Below are positions 35,745-45,710 of a stretch of 64,000 bases of DNA, piece after piece. The position numbers were made by a program, and so were the translations under genes. The notes below the pieces were generated by a model. It was not told the origin of the DNA and did not search any database. It worked only from the letters and a program-made list of their open reading frames with translations. Source of the stretch: an uncultured Gammaproteobacteria bacterium (GTDB taxonomy: Bacteria; Patescibacteriota; Patescibacteriia; Magasanikbacterales; GWA2-37-8); contig CAZHYJ010000001.1 in assembly GCA_964536725.1 (NCBI GenBank), forward strand, positions 53,018 through 117,017. The letters run 5' to 3'. How positions within the stretch are numbered: position 1 is the first letter of the stretch; each line of letters opens with the position of its first letter.

Positions 35745-36290
35745 TTATTTCCCTTGCCCTGCATGATACCGCTTGTCTGCACTGGATAAATCTAGAAGCA
35801 GTTGGCGTAATTCGTGTGGATTAGGGGTGTTGTGAATAATAAATTTTGGGACTGGTCCAGCGGTTTGTAAAGTAAGTGTGCCATAGTTAAAAATGGACGG
35901 AAAGAATCCCTCTATTTCAGAGGTAGCATCTTGAATTTGGTAAAGATCCAACTCAGAAATCGATTTGGCGAACAAACTGATTTGACGTATGTCAACCAAA
36001 CGATCGTTGGTGATCACCCACATGTCTAAATAGAAAGCGACAAAATATGAATAGAAAAAAAGGCAGATACAGAGGTAGTATGTACTACCAAACAAGACCA
36101 TAATAGGATAAAAAATGTTTCCAGATATTAATGTTGGAAACATAGTGTTGATTAACCAAAAAACACCCACTGGCATCGCGGCTAGAATTATGAACACCGC
36201 AACATAGGGAATAAATGTAACCGGTGAACGGCGCACAGTTTTGATGATTTGTTCGTAGGATTTTTTATGGATAAATTCTATTAAGTTCAT
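35745..36290 (-). CDS. Membrane protein with a bacterial PH (bPH_2/YdbT-like) domain
   Basis: Two TM helices followed by a domain pattern similar to bPH_2 (..MWVITNDRLVDIRQISLF..). Confidence 0.4.
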   Translation of the reverse strand: MNLIEFIHKKSYEQIIKTVRRSPVTFIPYVAVFIILAAMPVGVFWLINTMFPTLISGNIFYPIMVLFGSTYYLCICLFFYSYFVAFYLDMWVITNDRLVDIRQISLFAKSISELDLYQIQDATSEIEGFFPSIFNYGTLTLQTAGPVPKFIIHNTPNPHELRQLLLDLSSADKRYHAGQGK

Positions 36291-36330
36291 ATTAGCGAAT
36301 ATATATTTAGGTTTATCTTTTTTAAAACAT

Positions 36331-36378
36331 TTGTTTCGGTGCCGCGGTCGCTGTGACGCTTCCTAGGCACCTCAACAA
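36331..36378. terminator. Palindromic element TTGTTTCGGTGCC-N22-GGCACCTCAACAA, family copy A; likely bidirectional terminator
   Basis: A near-identical copy lies at 60396-60443. There are 13-nt inverted arms, and the flanks are A/T-rich. Confidence 0.45.
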
Positions 36379-36394
36379 AAATTTTAAAAAATCT

Positions 36395-36655
36395 TTAGTA
36401 TATTATTGACGCGTCGCTTTTAAACCAGTTGGTAATTTCCCAAGTGTCAGTCCAGTTTACATTCTGCAGTAAAAACCAAGTGGCAAATAATATGAAAACG
36501 GTGAAAACAAGGATGATGGCAGTTACGATAAAACTAACAAAAGTAATACTGCCAGTTTGAAAAATGTGAGTAAAGTTAATGATTGAGAAGGTGAGGAAGA
36601 TTAGTAAAAAGAAAAAATAGGCAAAGAGGAAAACGTAAATAGGGATGGAAATCAT
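36395..36655 (-). CDS. Small hydrophobic membrane protein
   Basis: Three predicted TM helices. Confidence 0.35.
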   Translation of the reverse strand: MISIPIYVFLFAYFFFLLIFLTFSIINFTHIFQTGSITFVSFIVTAIILVFTVFILFATWFLLQNVNWTDTWEITNWFKSDASIIY

Positions 36656-36664
36656 AGTGTGTTT

Positions 36665-37705
36665 TTAAACGTTAATGTTGGTTTGTGTAGGTGGAACAAT
36701 ATGTCCCAAATGTTTGTAAGCAGCAGGAGAAGCTTTGCGACCACGTGGGGTACGTTCCAAAAATCCCAACTGTAACAGATAGGGCTCGTAAACAGTTTCG
36801 ATGGTGTCCATTTCTTCGGCGACCGATGCGGCTAGGGTATTTAAGCCAGTTGGTCCGCCATTAAATTTTTCGATTAGGGTATTTAAAAGCTGGCGATCAA
36901 TTTCGTCTAATCCCAGTTCGTCAATTGCCAACATTTCTAAAGCACTGTCGGCGGCGTGTTGGTTGATAACCGCATCGGTGTGCACTTCGGCATAATCGCG
37001 GACACGTTTTAAAAGGCGATTAGCGATGCGGGGAGTGCGGCGAGCGCGAGTGGAGATCAATTTGACTGCCACTGGTTCAATTTCGATCTGTAACAAGCGG
37101 GCACTACGATTGACAATCGTCTCAATCTCCTCTGGTTCGTAAAAATTTAGATGATAGACATGGCCGAAGCGATCGCGTAGTGGTCCGGGGAGCATGCTCA
37201 TTTTGGTAGTGGCACCAATTAAAGTAAAAGGTGCAATCGGCATACGAATGGTGCGGGCCGCCGGTCCTTGGCCGATGACGATGTCCAGGACAAAGTCTTC
37301 GAGTGCGGGATAGAGCACCTCGGCGATAGTTTTGTTTAAACGGTGAATTTCGTCGATAAAAAGAATGTCGCCCTGTTGGAGGTTGGACAATATTGCGGCC
37401 AAGTCACCAACCTTTTCTAAGGTTGGCCCAGCGATAATTTTAATATTGCTTCCCATCTCACGGGCGATAATATGAGCGAGGGTGGTTTTGCCTAAACCAG
37501 GGTTGCCATAGAGCATAATGTGCTCTAAAACATCGCCACGTTTTTTGGCAGCGGCAAGAGCGATGTCTAAATTCTTTTTGATGTTGTTTTGGCCAACAAA
37601 ATCAGCCAAGGTTTCAGGACGAAGCGCTCGGTCTAAAATATTTTCTTCTGGGCTTTCCTCTGCCGCCACTAAACGGTCGTCAGTATTTGGATTTTTTTCT
37701 TCCAT
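36665..37705 (-). CDS. ruvB: Holliday junction branch-migration helicase RuvB
   Basis: ..LYGNPGLGKTTLAHIIAREMG.. (Walker A), ..LFIDEIHRL.., and a C-terminal winged-helix region. High similarity to RuvB. Confidence 0.9.
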   Translation of the reverse strand: MEEKNPNTDDRLVAAEESPEENILDRALRPETLADFVGQNNIKKNLDIALAAAKKRGDVLEHIMLYGNPGLGKTTLAHIIAREMGSNIKIIAGPTLEKVGDLAAILSNLQQGDILFIDEIHRLNKTIAEVLYPALEDFVLDIVIGQGPAARTIRMPIAPFTLIGATTKMSMLPGPLRDRFGHVYHLNFYEPEEIETIVNRSARLLQIEIEPVAVKLISTRARRTPRIANRLLKRVRDYAEVHTDAVINQHAADSALEMLAIDELGLDEIDRQLLNTLIEKFNGGPTGLNTLAASVAEEMDTIETVYEPYLLQLGFLERTPRGRKASPAAYKHLGHIVPPTQTNINV

Positions 37706-37754
37706 ATGTTATATTTTATATGTAATTAGATTATTAGTCAAAAAGTGTAGTCCT

Positions 37755-38234
37755 ATGAATGACTTAGAAAATCGCCAGGAAGGTCTATTTCGTAAAACTG
37801 GAGCCGAAGCGCGTGATGTAGGGGTGGAAGGACGCGAAAAACAGGCAGAAGAACAAGAAAAAAAGATGGCCGCCAAGGAGCGGGCCGAGTTGGTGTCAAA
37901 AGAGGTAAAAAGCACCAAACAACAGATGCAGAATATTTTGGCGAACATGCAGGCAGTGGTGAAAGCCGTGCAAGCTATCCGGGCACAGTTGGCAATTAGT
38001 GCCAACGGGTTAATTCCTTCAGTAGAACAGGATCAAAAGACGATGGAAAACTTGCAAAAGAAGTTGGCAGGCTTACGCGGCGAGCTTTCGGGCTTGCGCC
38101 AAGCACTGTTAATCGAAGAAATCGCTCGTTTGGAAGAAGAGGGGCGAATTAGCGACCATCAAACGTTGGAAATTGAAGCCGAAAAGAGTGTTGTAACGAT
38201 GTTAAAGTCGCTCGGAGTAGAAGAAGAGGGATAA
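37755..38234 (+). CDS. Coiled-coil hypothetical protein
   Basis: The ORF is open from 37518 antisense to ruvB; a sensible start is MNDLENRQ at 37755. It is Lys/Glu/Ala-rich with heptad-like repeats. Confidence 0.4.
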   Translation: MNDLENRQEGLFRKTGAEARDVGVEGREKQAEEQEKKMAAKERAELVSKEVKSTKQQMQNILANMQAVVKAVQAIRAQLAISANGLIPSVEQDQKTMENLQKKLAGLRGELSGLRQALLIEEIARLEEEGRISDHQTLEIEAEKSVVTMLKSLGVEEEG

Positions 38235-38381
38235 ATTTTGGCGAAGGTGTGCTTCGCAACGCCAAAACGACGGCACGCTTCGCATTGCCATAGCCCAAAG
38301 GGCGACGGCTTGTGGATAACTTTGACAAGGGGGAACAGCCGCCTTGTTTTTTTCTCTCAAAATACACCAAAAAACGACTTG

Positions 38382-38411
38382 TTGGTAGTGGTTTGACGGG
38401 TGTGATATAAT
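38382..38411 (+). promoter_or_regulatory. Promoter for nrdJ (-35 TTGGTA, 18-nt spacer, extended -10 TGaTATAAT)
   Basis: The hexamers are seen directly. A leader of about 120 nt follows. Confidence 0.45.
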
Positions 38412-38541
38412 GTATGAGCTTTACCTGATTTACAACATGTTGTGGTCAAAAAAGGTTTTAAGCACAAGTTGTAGTTTTTGTTCAGGTGTGCAGATAATTT
38501 AATTAATAAAAAATAATTTTTTACAAATTCATCTTACTCAT

Positions 38542-41500
38542 ATGCATACTGCCACGGCCACGCGAACTTTCAAAGTCGATAATGATTTTAAATATTCTCC
38601 GGAAAATGGTTTGCGTTTCAAGCGTCACTTCACGCAAGATGGAGTAAGTCCGTATGATTTGTTTCAGTATGAGTTACGCGCTTCAGTTATTCGTGAAACG
38701 AGTGGTCGGGTAATTTTTGAAATGAACGATGTTGAAGTTCCAACTGTTTGGTCGCAAGTGGCGACTGATATTTTGGCACAAAAATATTTTCGTAAAGCCG
38801 GTGTCCCGCAATATGATGCCGATGGTCATGCTAAGCTTAATACTGACGGGACTCCCGTGCTTGGTCCTGAGAAAAGTGTTAAACAAGTTGCCCATCGGCT
38901 AGCTGGTACTTGGCGTTATTGGGGAGAGAAGTTTGGCTATTTCGCTTCCGTTGGTGACGCACAAGTTTTTTATGATGAACTAGTTTACACTTTGATCAAA
39001 CAGATGACTGCACCGAATTCTCCGCAGTGGTTTAATACTGGCTTATATTGGGCGTATGGAATTAACGGTCCTTCGCAAGGTCATCATTACGTTGATCCAA
39101 CTACCGGAGTGTTGATGGCGGCTACTGATTCATATTCTCACCCTCAGCCGCATGCTTGTGGTCGTTATGATACAAAATTATTTACCGATCGCGGCATAAT
39201 GAATTTGGGAGATGTGGTGGAAAACAATATGGCGGGTATAAAAGTATTCGATGGAGAAAATTATGTTGTCGTGAAGGCGGTAAAGAACAATGGTGTCAAG
39301 AAAATTTATCGTGCCAATTTAAAAAATGGAAATTATTTGGATTTTACTGACGATCATTTGGTGTGGTCAGCGGACAAACGTCTAAAAGATGGTGGCCAAT
39401 ATGATTGGAGTGAGTTGTCCACAATCTTAGGAAAAAAAGTGCAACAATTCTCTTTGCCTGCAGAGGTAAGTAATGTGGCTAAAGAAAATGATTTAGATTT
39501 GTTCCAAGCAGAGTTGGCAGGTTGGGTTTTGGGTGATGGGTATTATGGAAAATATGGTAAAAACAAGAAGAGTACGGTATTTGGGGTGATAACAATCAAC
39601 GATGATGAGTTTAATAGCGTAACCAATTTATTCAACAACGTTTTCGGGCGTTATACAGTAAGGATAAAACGTTCAGTGGATGACTTGTATCGGACAATTT
39701 GTTGTGATTCTAAGCAAGTAGACGAATATGTGCAGAATTTTGAATTGGAAAAAAATGTCTATACAGCGTCTGTGCCAGAAAAGATTTGGCAGGGCAGTAA
39801 CAGGGTGAAGGCAGTCTTCTTGCGTGGTCTGTTTCAGGCTGACGGTAGTGTACGTTTGAGAAAAGATGATGATCGAAATAGCGGAGATGTGGTTTTGACT
39901 ACTGTGTCAGAAGAGTTGGCACATGGAGCACAAATGTTGTTGTTACAATTAGGAATATATTCTCGAATCGTACCTTGTCATGATAGTCGCGAAGATCGAC
40001 ACGAATGTTATCAGGTGGTTATTGCTTTTTATTCAGAAAGAAAGAGATACGAGGAGTTAATTGGTTTTGTTTCGCAAGATAAACAGGAGAAATTGAAATT
40101 GTTAAACAGCATAGTGGAAGGGAAAAACAAAGAAAATTTATCAGAGGAGACAGTCGTGTCAGTTGACTATATCGGTGAGGAAGAGGTTTATGATATTCAG
40201 ACGGAATCCAGCAAATTTTTGGCCAATGGCGTGGTGGTACACAACTGTTTCATTCAATCCGTGCGCGATGATTTGGTGAACGAGGGTGGTATTATGGATC
40301 TGTGGATTCGTGAGGCACGATTGTTTAAATATGGATCAGGTACGGGCACTAACTTTTCTAATTTGCGTGGCAAGGGAGAAAAATTATCAGGTGGTGGAAC
40401 GACTTCGGGTTTAATGAGCTGGTTGAAGATTGGTGATCGTGCAGCTGGTGCGATTAAATCTGGCGGCACCACTCGTCGAGCAGCCAAGATGGTAATTTTA
40501 AATATTGATCATCCGGATATCGAGGAGTTTATCAACTGGAAAGTTTTGGAAGAGAAAAAAGTGGCGGCTTTGATTGCTGCTGGTTATGATTCCTCCTATG
40601 AAAGTGAGGCCTATCAAACTGTTTCGGGGCAGAACTCTAATAATTCAGTGCGTGTTAATCAAGCATTTTTGGAAGCAGTGGAAAGTGGTATTGATTGGAA
40701 TTTGACTTGGCGCACTGATGGTAAGGTTTGTAAAACGTTGCCGGCGCGTAATCTTTGGGATCAAATCGCACACGCTGCTTGGGCTTGTGCTGATCCTGGT
40801 ATTCAATTTGATTCGACCATTAACGAGTGGCACACCTGTCCGCAGTCGGGCACGATTAACGGCTCCAATCCTTGTAGTGAGTACATGTTCTTAGATGACA
40901 CAGCCTGCAATTTAGCGTCAATAAACTTGGCTCATCTTTATGATTCAGAAACTGCGACCTTTGATATTTCTGGATTTACTTATGTCACTCGTCTGTGGAC
41001 GGTAGTTTTGGAGATTAGTGTTTTGATGGCGCAATATCCAAGCGCTGAAATTGCCCAAGGTAGCTATGACTATCGCACGCTTGGTTTAGGTTATGCCAAC
41101 ATTGGTTCGCTGTTGATGACAGCAGGCGTGCCATATGATTCGCCAACCGCCTTGGCTTTTGCTGGCAGTGTGACAGCTTTAATGACTGCTGAATCCTATG
41201 CCACCTCAGCTGAAATGGCGCGACTACATGGTCCATTTCCTAAATACGAAGAGAATCGCGCCGATATGCTGCGTGTGATTCGCAACCATCGCCGTGCTGC
41301 CTTTGGTGTTTCAGATGATGAGTATGAAGGGTTGTCTGTAATGCCGTTATCTATTGATCCACAATATGCTCCAGCTTATCTTTTGGCGGCAGCGCGTGAA
41401 AGTTGGAACAAAGCTTTAGAGATGGGGGAGAAATATGGTTTTAGAAATGCCCAAACTACCTTGCTTGCTCCAACTGGTACAATTGGTTTGTTGATGGACT

Positions 41501-43077
41501 GTGCAACTACCGGTGTAGAACCAGATTTTTCTTTAGTGAAGTTTAAAAAATTGGCCGGTGGCGGATATTTTAAGATTGTAAATGAATCGGTACCGATGGC
41601 GTTAAAAACTTTAGGGTATAACGATACACAGATTAGTGGTGTAATTGATTATCTTAAGGGTCGTGCGACTTTGCACAACTGTCCAGAGATCAACTTTGAG
41701 TCTTTAAAAGCAAAAGGTTTTACTGAAGAAGATATTAACAAAGTAGAAAAAGGTTTAGCGGGGGTTTTTGAACTACCATTTACTTTTAATGTTTGGACTT
41801 TGGGTGAGGAGTGTTTGAAACGTTTAGGGTTTACCAGCGAACAATACAATGATCAGAATTTTGATCTACTGACCGCGCTTGGATTTACACGCGAGCAAAT
41901 TAATATTGCTAACGAATTTGTTTGTGGTGCTATGACAATTGAAGGTGCGCCACACTTACGTCAGGAGCACTATGCTGTATTTGATACGGCTAATAAAAAC
42001 GGAAGAAAAGGTGAGCGTTATATCCACTACCTCGGTCATATCCGAATGATGGCGGCAGTACAACCGTTTTTATCGGGCGCAATTTCCAAAACCATCAACA
42101 TGCCAAACGAGGCAACTGAAGAAGATATTAAGATTGCTTACAACGCTTCGTGGAAGTTGGCTTTGAAAGCGATCGCGATTTATCGTGATGGTTGTAAATT
42201 GTCTCAGCCATTGTCGAGTAAGAGTGTTGATAAAAAAGAAAAGAAAGAAGAAGTTGTGTCAGTAGAAAAAGAAATTATGTCAACGCCAGTTGCCAGTGCT
42301 ATGCCAGCACATTCTGACAGCCAGATGCAGGTTAGTTATGCGCACGATGGATCGGAAAATGGTAAACAGATATATATACATGGCGAGCAGCGTAAGATGC
42401 CTTACAAACGCAGTGGCTTAACAATTAAAGCAAAAGTGGGTGGGCAAAAATTATTCTTGCGCACGGGTGAATATCCAGATGGGAAATTGGGTGAAGTATT
42501 CATCGATATGTACAAGGAGGGGGCGTCGTTCAGAAGTCTGCTTAATTTGTTTGCTATTTCCATTTCTACTGGCTTGCAATACGGCGTGCCATTGGAGGAA
42601 TATGTCGACAAGTTTATCTTTACTCGTTTTGAGCCGAGCGGCATGACGGATCATCCAAATATTAAGCTTTCAACTTCGATCGTTGATTTCATTTTCCGGG
42701 TACTTGGTATGGAATATTTGGGACGGACCGATTTTGTTCAGGTTAAACCAGCGGGCATTCAAAAAAATCGTGTGGAGCAATTGGCAAAATTAATGGCGGA
42801 AGCGGCTGGGCAAAAAACAATGGAATTGCCGGAGATAAAAGAAGACACTGAAGACGAAGTGGAAAAAGAAAAAATAATTTTGAAAGATCCAGAGGCAACG
42901 AAGGACCAGATGGAATTGTTTAAAAAAGAGGTCGCTGCAGCAACAGCTAGTGTTGATCAGCAGTTGGCAGGAATGATGGGTGATGCACCGCCATGTTCAA
43001 CTTGTGGACATACTACAGTGCGTAGCGGAACCTGTTATAAATGTTTGAATTGTGGTGGAACCACGGGTTGTAGCTAA
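38542..43077 (+). CDS. nrdJ: Class II (adenosylcobalamin-dependent) ribonucleotide reductase NrdJ interrupted by an intein
   Basis: RNR motifs are ..GSNPCSEYMFLDD..CNLASINL.. and a C-terminal Cys4 finger (CSTCGHT...CYKCLNCGG). An in-frame 363-aa insertion sits at the conserved ..PHA|C..HN|CFIQS site. Confidence 0.85.
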   Translation: MHTATATRTFKVDNDFKYSPENGLRFKRHFTQDGVSPYDLFQYELRASVIRETSGRVIFEMNDVEVPTVWSQVATDILAQKYFRKAGVPQYDADGHAKLNTDGTPVLGPEKSVKQVAHRLAGTWRYWGEKFGYFASVGDAQVFYDELVYTLIKQMTAPNSPQWFNTGLYWAYGINGPSQGHHYVDPTTGVLMAATDSYSHPQPHACGRYDTKLFTDRGIMNLGDVVENNMAGIKVFDGENYVVVKAVKNNGVKKIYRANLKNGNYLDFTDDHLVWSADKRLKDGGQYDWSELSTILGKKVQQFSLPAEVSNVAKENDLDLFQAELAGWVLGDGYYGKYGKNKKSTVFGVITINDDEFNSVTNLFNNVFGRYTVRIKRSVDDLYRTICCDSKQVDEYVQNFELEKNVYTASVPEKIWQGSNRVKAVFLRGLFQADGSVRLRKDDDRNSGDVVLTTVSEELAHGAQMLLLQLGIYSRIVPCHDSREDRHECYQVVIAFYSERKRYEELIGFVSQDKQEKLKLLNSIVEGKNKENLSEETVVSVDYIGEEEVYDIQTESSKFLANGVVVHNCFIQSVRDDLVNEGGIMDLWIREARLFKYGSGTGTNFSNLRGKGEKLSGGGTTSGLMSWLKIGDRAAGAIKSGGTTRRAAKMVILNIDHPDIEEFINWKVLEEKKVAALIAAGYDSSYESEAYQTVSGQNSNNSVRVNQAFLEAVESGIDWNLTWRTDGKVCKTLPARNLWDQIAHAAWACADPGIQFDSTINEWHTCPQSGTINGSNPCSEYMFLDDTACNLASINLAHLYDSETATFDISGFTYVTRLWTVVLEISVLMAQYPSAEIAQGSYDYRTLGLGYANIGSLLMTAGVPYDSPTALAFAGSVTALMTAESYATSAEMARLHGPFPKYEENRADMLRVIRNHRRAAFGVSDDEYEGLSVMPLSIDPQYAPAYLLAAARESWNKALEMGEKYGFRNAQTTLLAPTGTIGLLMDCATTGVEPDFSLVKFKKLAGGGYFKIVNESVPMALKTLGYNDTQISGVIDYLKGRATLHNCPEINFESLKAKGFTEEDINKVEKGLAGVFELPFTFNVWTLGEECLKRLGFTSEQYNDQNFDLLTALGFTREQINIANEFVCGAMTIEGAPHLRQEHYAVFDTANKNGRKGERYIHYLGHIRMMAAVQPFLSGAISKTINMPNEATEEDIKIAYNASWKLALKAIAIYRDGCKLSQPLSSKSVDKKEKKEEVVSVEKEIMSTPVASAMPAHSDSQMQVSYAHDGSENGKQIYIHGEQRKMPYKRSGLTIKAKVGGQKLFLRTGEYPDGKLGEVFIDMYKEGASFRSLLNLFAISISTGLQYGVPLEEYVDKFIFTRFEPSGMTDHPNIKLSTSIVDFIFRVLGMEYLGRTDFVQVKPAGIQKNRVEQLAKLMAEAAGQKTMELPEIKEDTEDEVEKEKIILKDPEATKDQMELFKKEVAAATASVDQQLAGMMGDAPPCSTCGHTTVRSGTCYKCLNCGGTTGCS
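39157..40245 (+). other. Intein with a LAGLIDADG homing-endonuclease domain inside nrdJ
   Basis: It starts with Cys (CGRYDTKLFTDRG..) and ends ..VVVHN before extein CFIQS. The motif ..LAGWVLGDGYYGK.. is present. Splicing would restore the conserved ACF active-site region. Confidence 0.7.
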
Positions 43078-43085
43078 AATATATA

Positions 43086-43118
43086 ATGCCACTCTAATCA
43101 GGAGTGGCATTTGATGTG
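43086..43118 (+). terminator. Hairpin ATGCCACTC-TAATCAG-GAGTGGCAT with a T-containing tail after nrdJ
   Basis: Perfect 9-bp stem. Confidence 0.45.
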
Positions 43119-43168
43119 TACTTTAAATATCAAATGTTCAGGTTCTAATTCTAAGTTATTTATTTTCT

Positions 43169-44611
43169 ATGGAAAATTCTATTCCTTGGGCATTAACATA
43201 CGATGATGTGCTGATTGTTCCCAAACGATCCTCTTTTGTTTCGCGTAGTGAAGCAAGCACACGTACGCGGTTAACAAAAAAGATTAGTATTAATGTGCCG
43301 ATTGTGAGTGCGAATATGGATACGGTGACTGAGGCAGAAATGGCAATCGCCTTGGCGCGAATTGGTGGCTTTGGATTTTTGCATCGCTTCATGAGTATTG
43401 AGGAAAATGTGGAACAGGTGAAACGAGTAAAACGAGCACAGAATTTTATCGTGGAAGATCCATATACTATCGCACCCAATTGTACAGTAAGAGAGGCAAG
43501 AAAGTATGCCTCCGAGGTTGGTGTCACCGGTCTGTTGGTAGCCAACGGTGATCATCGGTTGCGCGGTATGCTTACTCAGCGGTCCTTTATGTTTGTTGAT
43601 GGCGACGAAGATGTTTTGTTGGTGCAAGATATTATGACACCAAAAGAAAAAATGGTGATCGCTAGTTCGCAAACAACTTTTGAAGAAGCCAAGAAAATAT
43701 TTGCTGATTGTAAAATAGACAAATTGCCTTTAATAAATGACGATGGTGTTATCACTGGTTTGATTACTCTTTCTGATATTAAACATGTCATGCAATATCC
43801 TTTGGCCAACCTAGATAGTGATGGTCAGTTGTTGGTCGGTGGTTCAGTAGGTGTACACGGTGATTTTATCGAGCGCGCAACTGCCCTGGTCAATGCGGGG
43901 GCGGATGCATTGGTGATAGACATTGCACATGGACATTCGGATTTAATGATTCGGGCGATTGAGCAGATTCGTGCTGCAGTCGGTGATGCGCAAATAGTAG
44001 CTGGGAATATTGCAACGGCAACAGCTGCACGTGATTTGTGTGAAGCGGGAGTAGATGCAGTGAAAGTGGGTGTGGGGCCAGGAACGACTTGTATTACGCG
44101 TCTGGTAACTGGTTGTGGTATGCCACAACTAACTGCGGTAATGGAGGTGGCGCGGGTGGCGAAGCGCTATGGTGTACCAGTGATTGCAGACGGAGGAGTA
44201 CAGCGTTCGGGTGATATTGTGAAAGCGATTGGAGCGGGGGCGGATACAATAATGTCGGGTGGGATGTTGGCTGGTACAGAAGAGTCGCCAGGTGTATTAA
44301 TGAAGAGGGGAGATAAGAAATTTAAATTGTGTCGTGGGAGTGCAAGCTTTTCTGTTAGCCACAAGCGTAAATCAATTAATTTGGAAAAGAAAGATTTGAG
44401 TGATGTGGTGCCAGAAGGAGTGGAATCGCTTGTACCATACAAGGGGCCAGTGATTGATCTTGTTTCACAATGGGTAGGGGGATTAAAGTCAGGGATGAGT
44501 TATACCAATTCACACACGATCGCTGAGTTGCAAGAGAATGTTTCGTTTGTGCGGTTAACTGCTGCTGGTCAACATGAGAGTGGGGCGCATGATATTGATG
44601 TGATGGGGTGA
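43169..44611 (+). CDS. guaB: IMP dehydrogenase (with CBS pair)
   Basis: ..[10 protein letters not shown].., a CBS region, then ..[26 protein letters not shown].. with the catalytic Cys loop. Confidence 0.85.
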   Translation: MENSIPWALTYDDVLIVPKRSSFVSRSEASTRTRLTKKISINVPIVSANMDTVTEAEMAIALARIGGFGFLHRFMSIEENVEQVKRVKRAQNFIVEDPYTIAPNCTVREARKYASEVGVTGLLVANGDHRLRGMLTQRSFMFVDGDEDVLLVQDIMTPKEKMVIASSQTTFEEAKKIFADCKIDKLPLINDDGVITGLITLSDIKHVMQYPLANLDSDGQLLVGGSVGVHGDFIERATALVNAGADALVIDIAHGHSDLMIRAIEQIRAAVGDAQIVAGNIATATAARDLCEAGVDAVKVGVGPGTTCITRLVTGCGMPQLTAVMEVARVAKRYGVPVIADGGVQRSGDIVKAIGAGADTIMSGGMLAGTEESPGVLMKRGDKKFKLCRGSASFSVSHKRKSINLEKKDLSDVVPEGVESLVPYKGPVIDLVSQWVGGLKSGMSYTNSHTIAELQENVSFVRLTAAGQHESGAHDIDVMG

Positions 44612-44632
44612 AGTTGTATATTATAAAATCAT

Positions 44633-45175
44633 ATGACCAAAATATATACTAAAACCGGCGACACTGGCGAAACGTCACTCTTAGGTGGTGAGCGTGTCAC
44701 CAAAGATTGTATTACCTTGCAGGTGGTGGGGGAGATTGATGAATTAAATTCTACGATTGGCGAAGTGGTGGCGCATTTGTTTGGTGCTTTGCCAACGGAA
44801 TTTTTGGTTAAAATTCAACACGACTTATTTAAAGTCGGAGCGGAGGTCGTTTCGTTGCAAGCTAAATTGGGAGATGGTTTGGTTAAGATCGGTGAAGAAG
44901 AAATAAAAGAGTTGGAAGAAAATATTGATAACTATTGGAAAGATCTACCGGAATTAAAAAATTTCATTTTACCTGGTGGGTGTTTGTCAGGCGCACATTT
45001 GCATCACGCCCGCACAATTTGTCGACGCGTGGAGCGAGAGTTGGTAACATTTGGTAAAGAACAAAACGTACGACCAGAATTGTATAAATATTTAAATCGT
45101 TTGAGCGATTATCTGTTTACTGCAGCGCGCTGGGTGAATTTTCAAGAGGGTGTAGAAGAAGTGAAAATAATTTAA
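44633..45175 (+). CDS. ATP:cob(I)alamin adenosyltransferase, PduO-type
   Basis: MTKIYTKTGDTGETSLLGGERVTKD...VGEIDELNSTIG matches the PduO/MMAB N-terminus. Confidence 0.75.
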   Translation: MTKIYTKTGDTGETSLLGGERVTKDCITLQVVGEIDELNSTIGEVVAHLFGALPTEFLVKIQHDLFKVGAEVVSLQAKLGDGLVKIGEEEIKELEENIDNYWKDLPELKNFILPGGCLSGAHLHHARTICRRVERELVTFGKEQNVRPELYKYLNRLSDYLFTAARWVNFQEGVEEVKII

Positions 45176-45440
45176 TTGTAATTTTTAGTTATCAACAGGC
45201 AGCTTCACTTGACGGTGAGCGTGAATCAGATATAATGTTTGAGTGCTTTTCTTTAAAGAGCTGCGGTAGAGTTGATGTTTCAACCGAATCGGATTTTAAA
45301 AACAATCTCTCTCTCTTTTTCCTTACATTAAGTTGTCTGGATTAAGCGTTTTCATAATTTGATTCGTTAGCTAAAACATGCAATTCTTCTCGCAGCTCCT
45401 TGGAGGAAAGTATTTTTGTTTAAAAAGAATAATAGGATCA

Positions 45441-45546
45441 GGATTTACACGTTTGATAATTTTTTCGCTTTCCTCGGCCACGAGGCCTCAGGGATGAAGT
45501 CTGTGGACTTCATAACCCGCTCAAAAAATATCAAACGTGTAAATCC
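45441..45546. mobile_element. MITE-like palindromic element with perfect 18-bp terminal inverted repeats (GGATTTACACGTTTGATA); second copy at 56158-56254
   Basis: The TIRs are seen directly. Two internal hairpins differ between the copies by compensatory base changes. Confidence 0.5.
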
Positions 45547-45553
45547 TGGGGTA

Positions 45554-45582
45554 TTGAATTTTTTTAATAGACGTGATAATAT
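45554..45582 (+). promoter_or_regulatory. Promoter for tRNA-Leu (TTGAAT-17-TAATAT)
   Basis: The hexamers are seen directly; the tRNA begins 13 nt downstream. Confidence 0.5.
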
Positions 45583-45594
45583 TTTCTTGGTTTT

Positions 45595-45679
45595 GCCCAG
45601 GTGGTGAAATTGGTAGACACAAGAGACTTAAAATCTCTCGCCGCAAGGCTTGCGGGTTCGATTCCCGCCCTGGGCACCA
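45595..45679 (+). tRNA. tRNA-Leu (anticodon TAA), long variable arm, CCA encoded
   Basis: Acceptor GCCCAGG/CCTGGGC; anticodon stem AGAGA/TCTCT; loop CTTAAAA; variable arm CGCCGCAAGGCTTGCGG; T-arm CGGG-TTCGATT-CCCG. Confidence 0.85.
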
Positions 45680-45681
45680 GT

Positions 45682-45710
45682 AGAACGCTTTTTTAAAGGC
45701 GTTCTTTTGT
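45682..45710 (+). terminator. Terminator after tRNA-Leu (AGAACGC-loop-GCGTTCT with a T-run)
   Basis: Seen directly. Confidence 0.5.

Noticed and set aside
37518-37754. N-terminal 79 codons of ORF 37518-38234.
   Set aside because: They are antisense to the ruvB 5' region. The coiled-coil protein plausibly starts at MNDLENRQ (37755).
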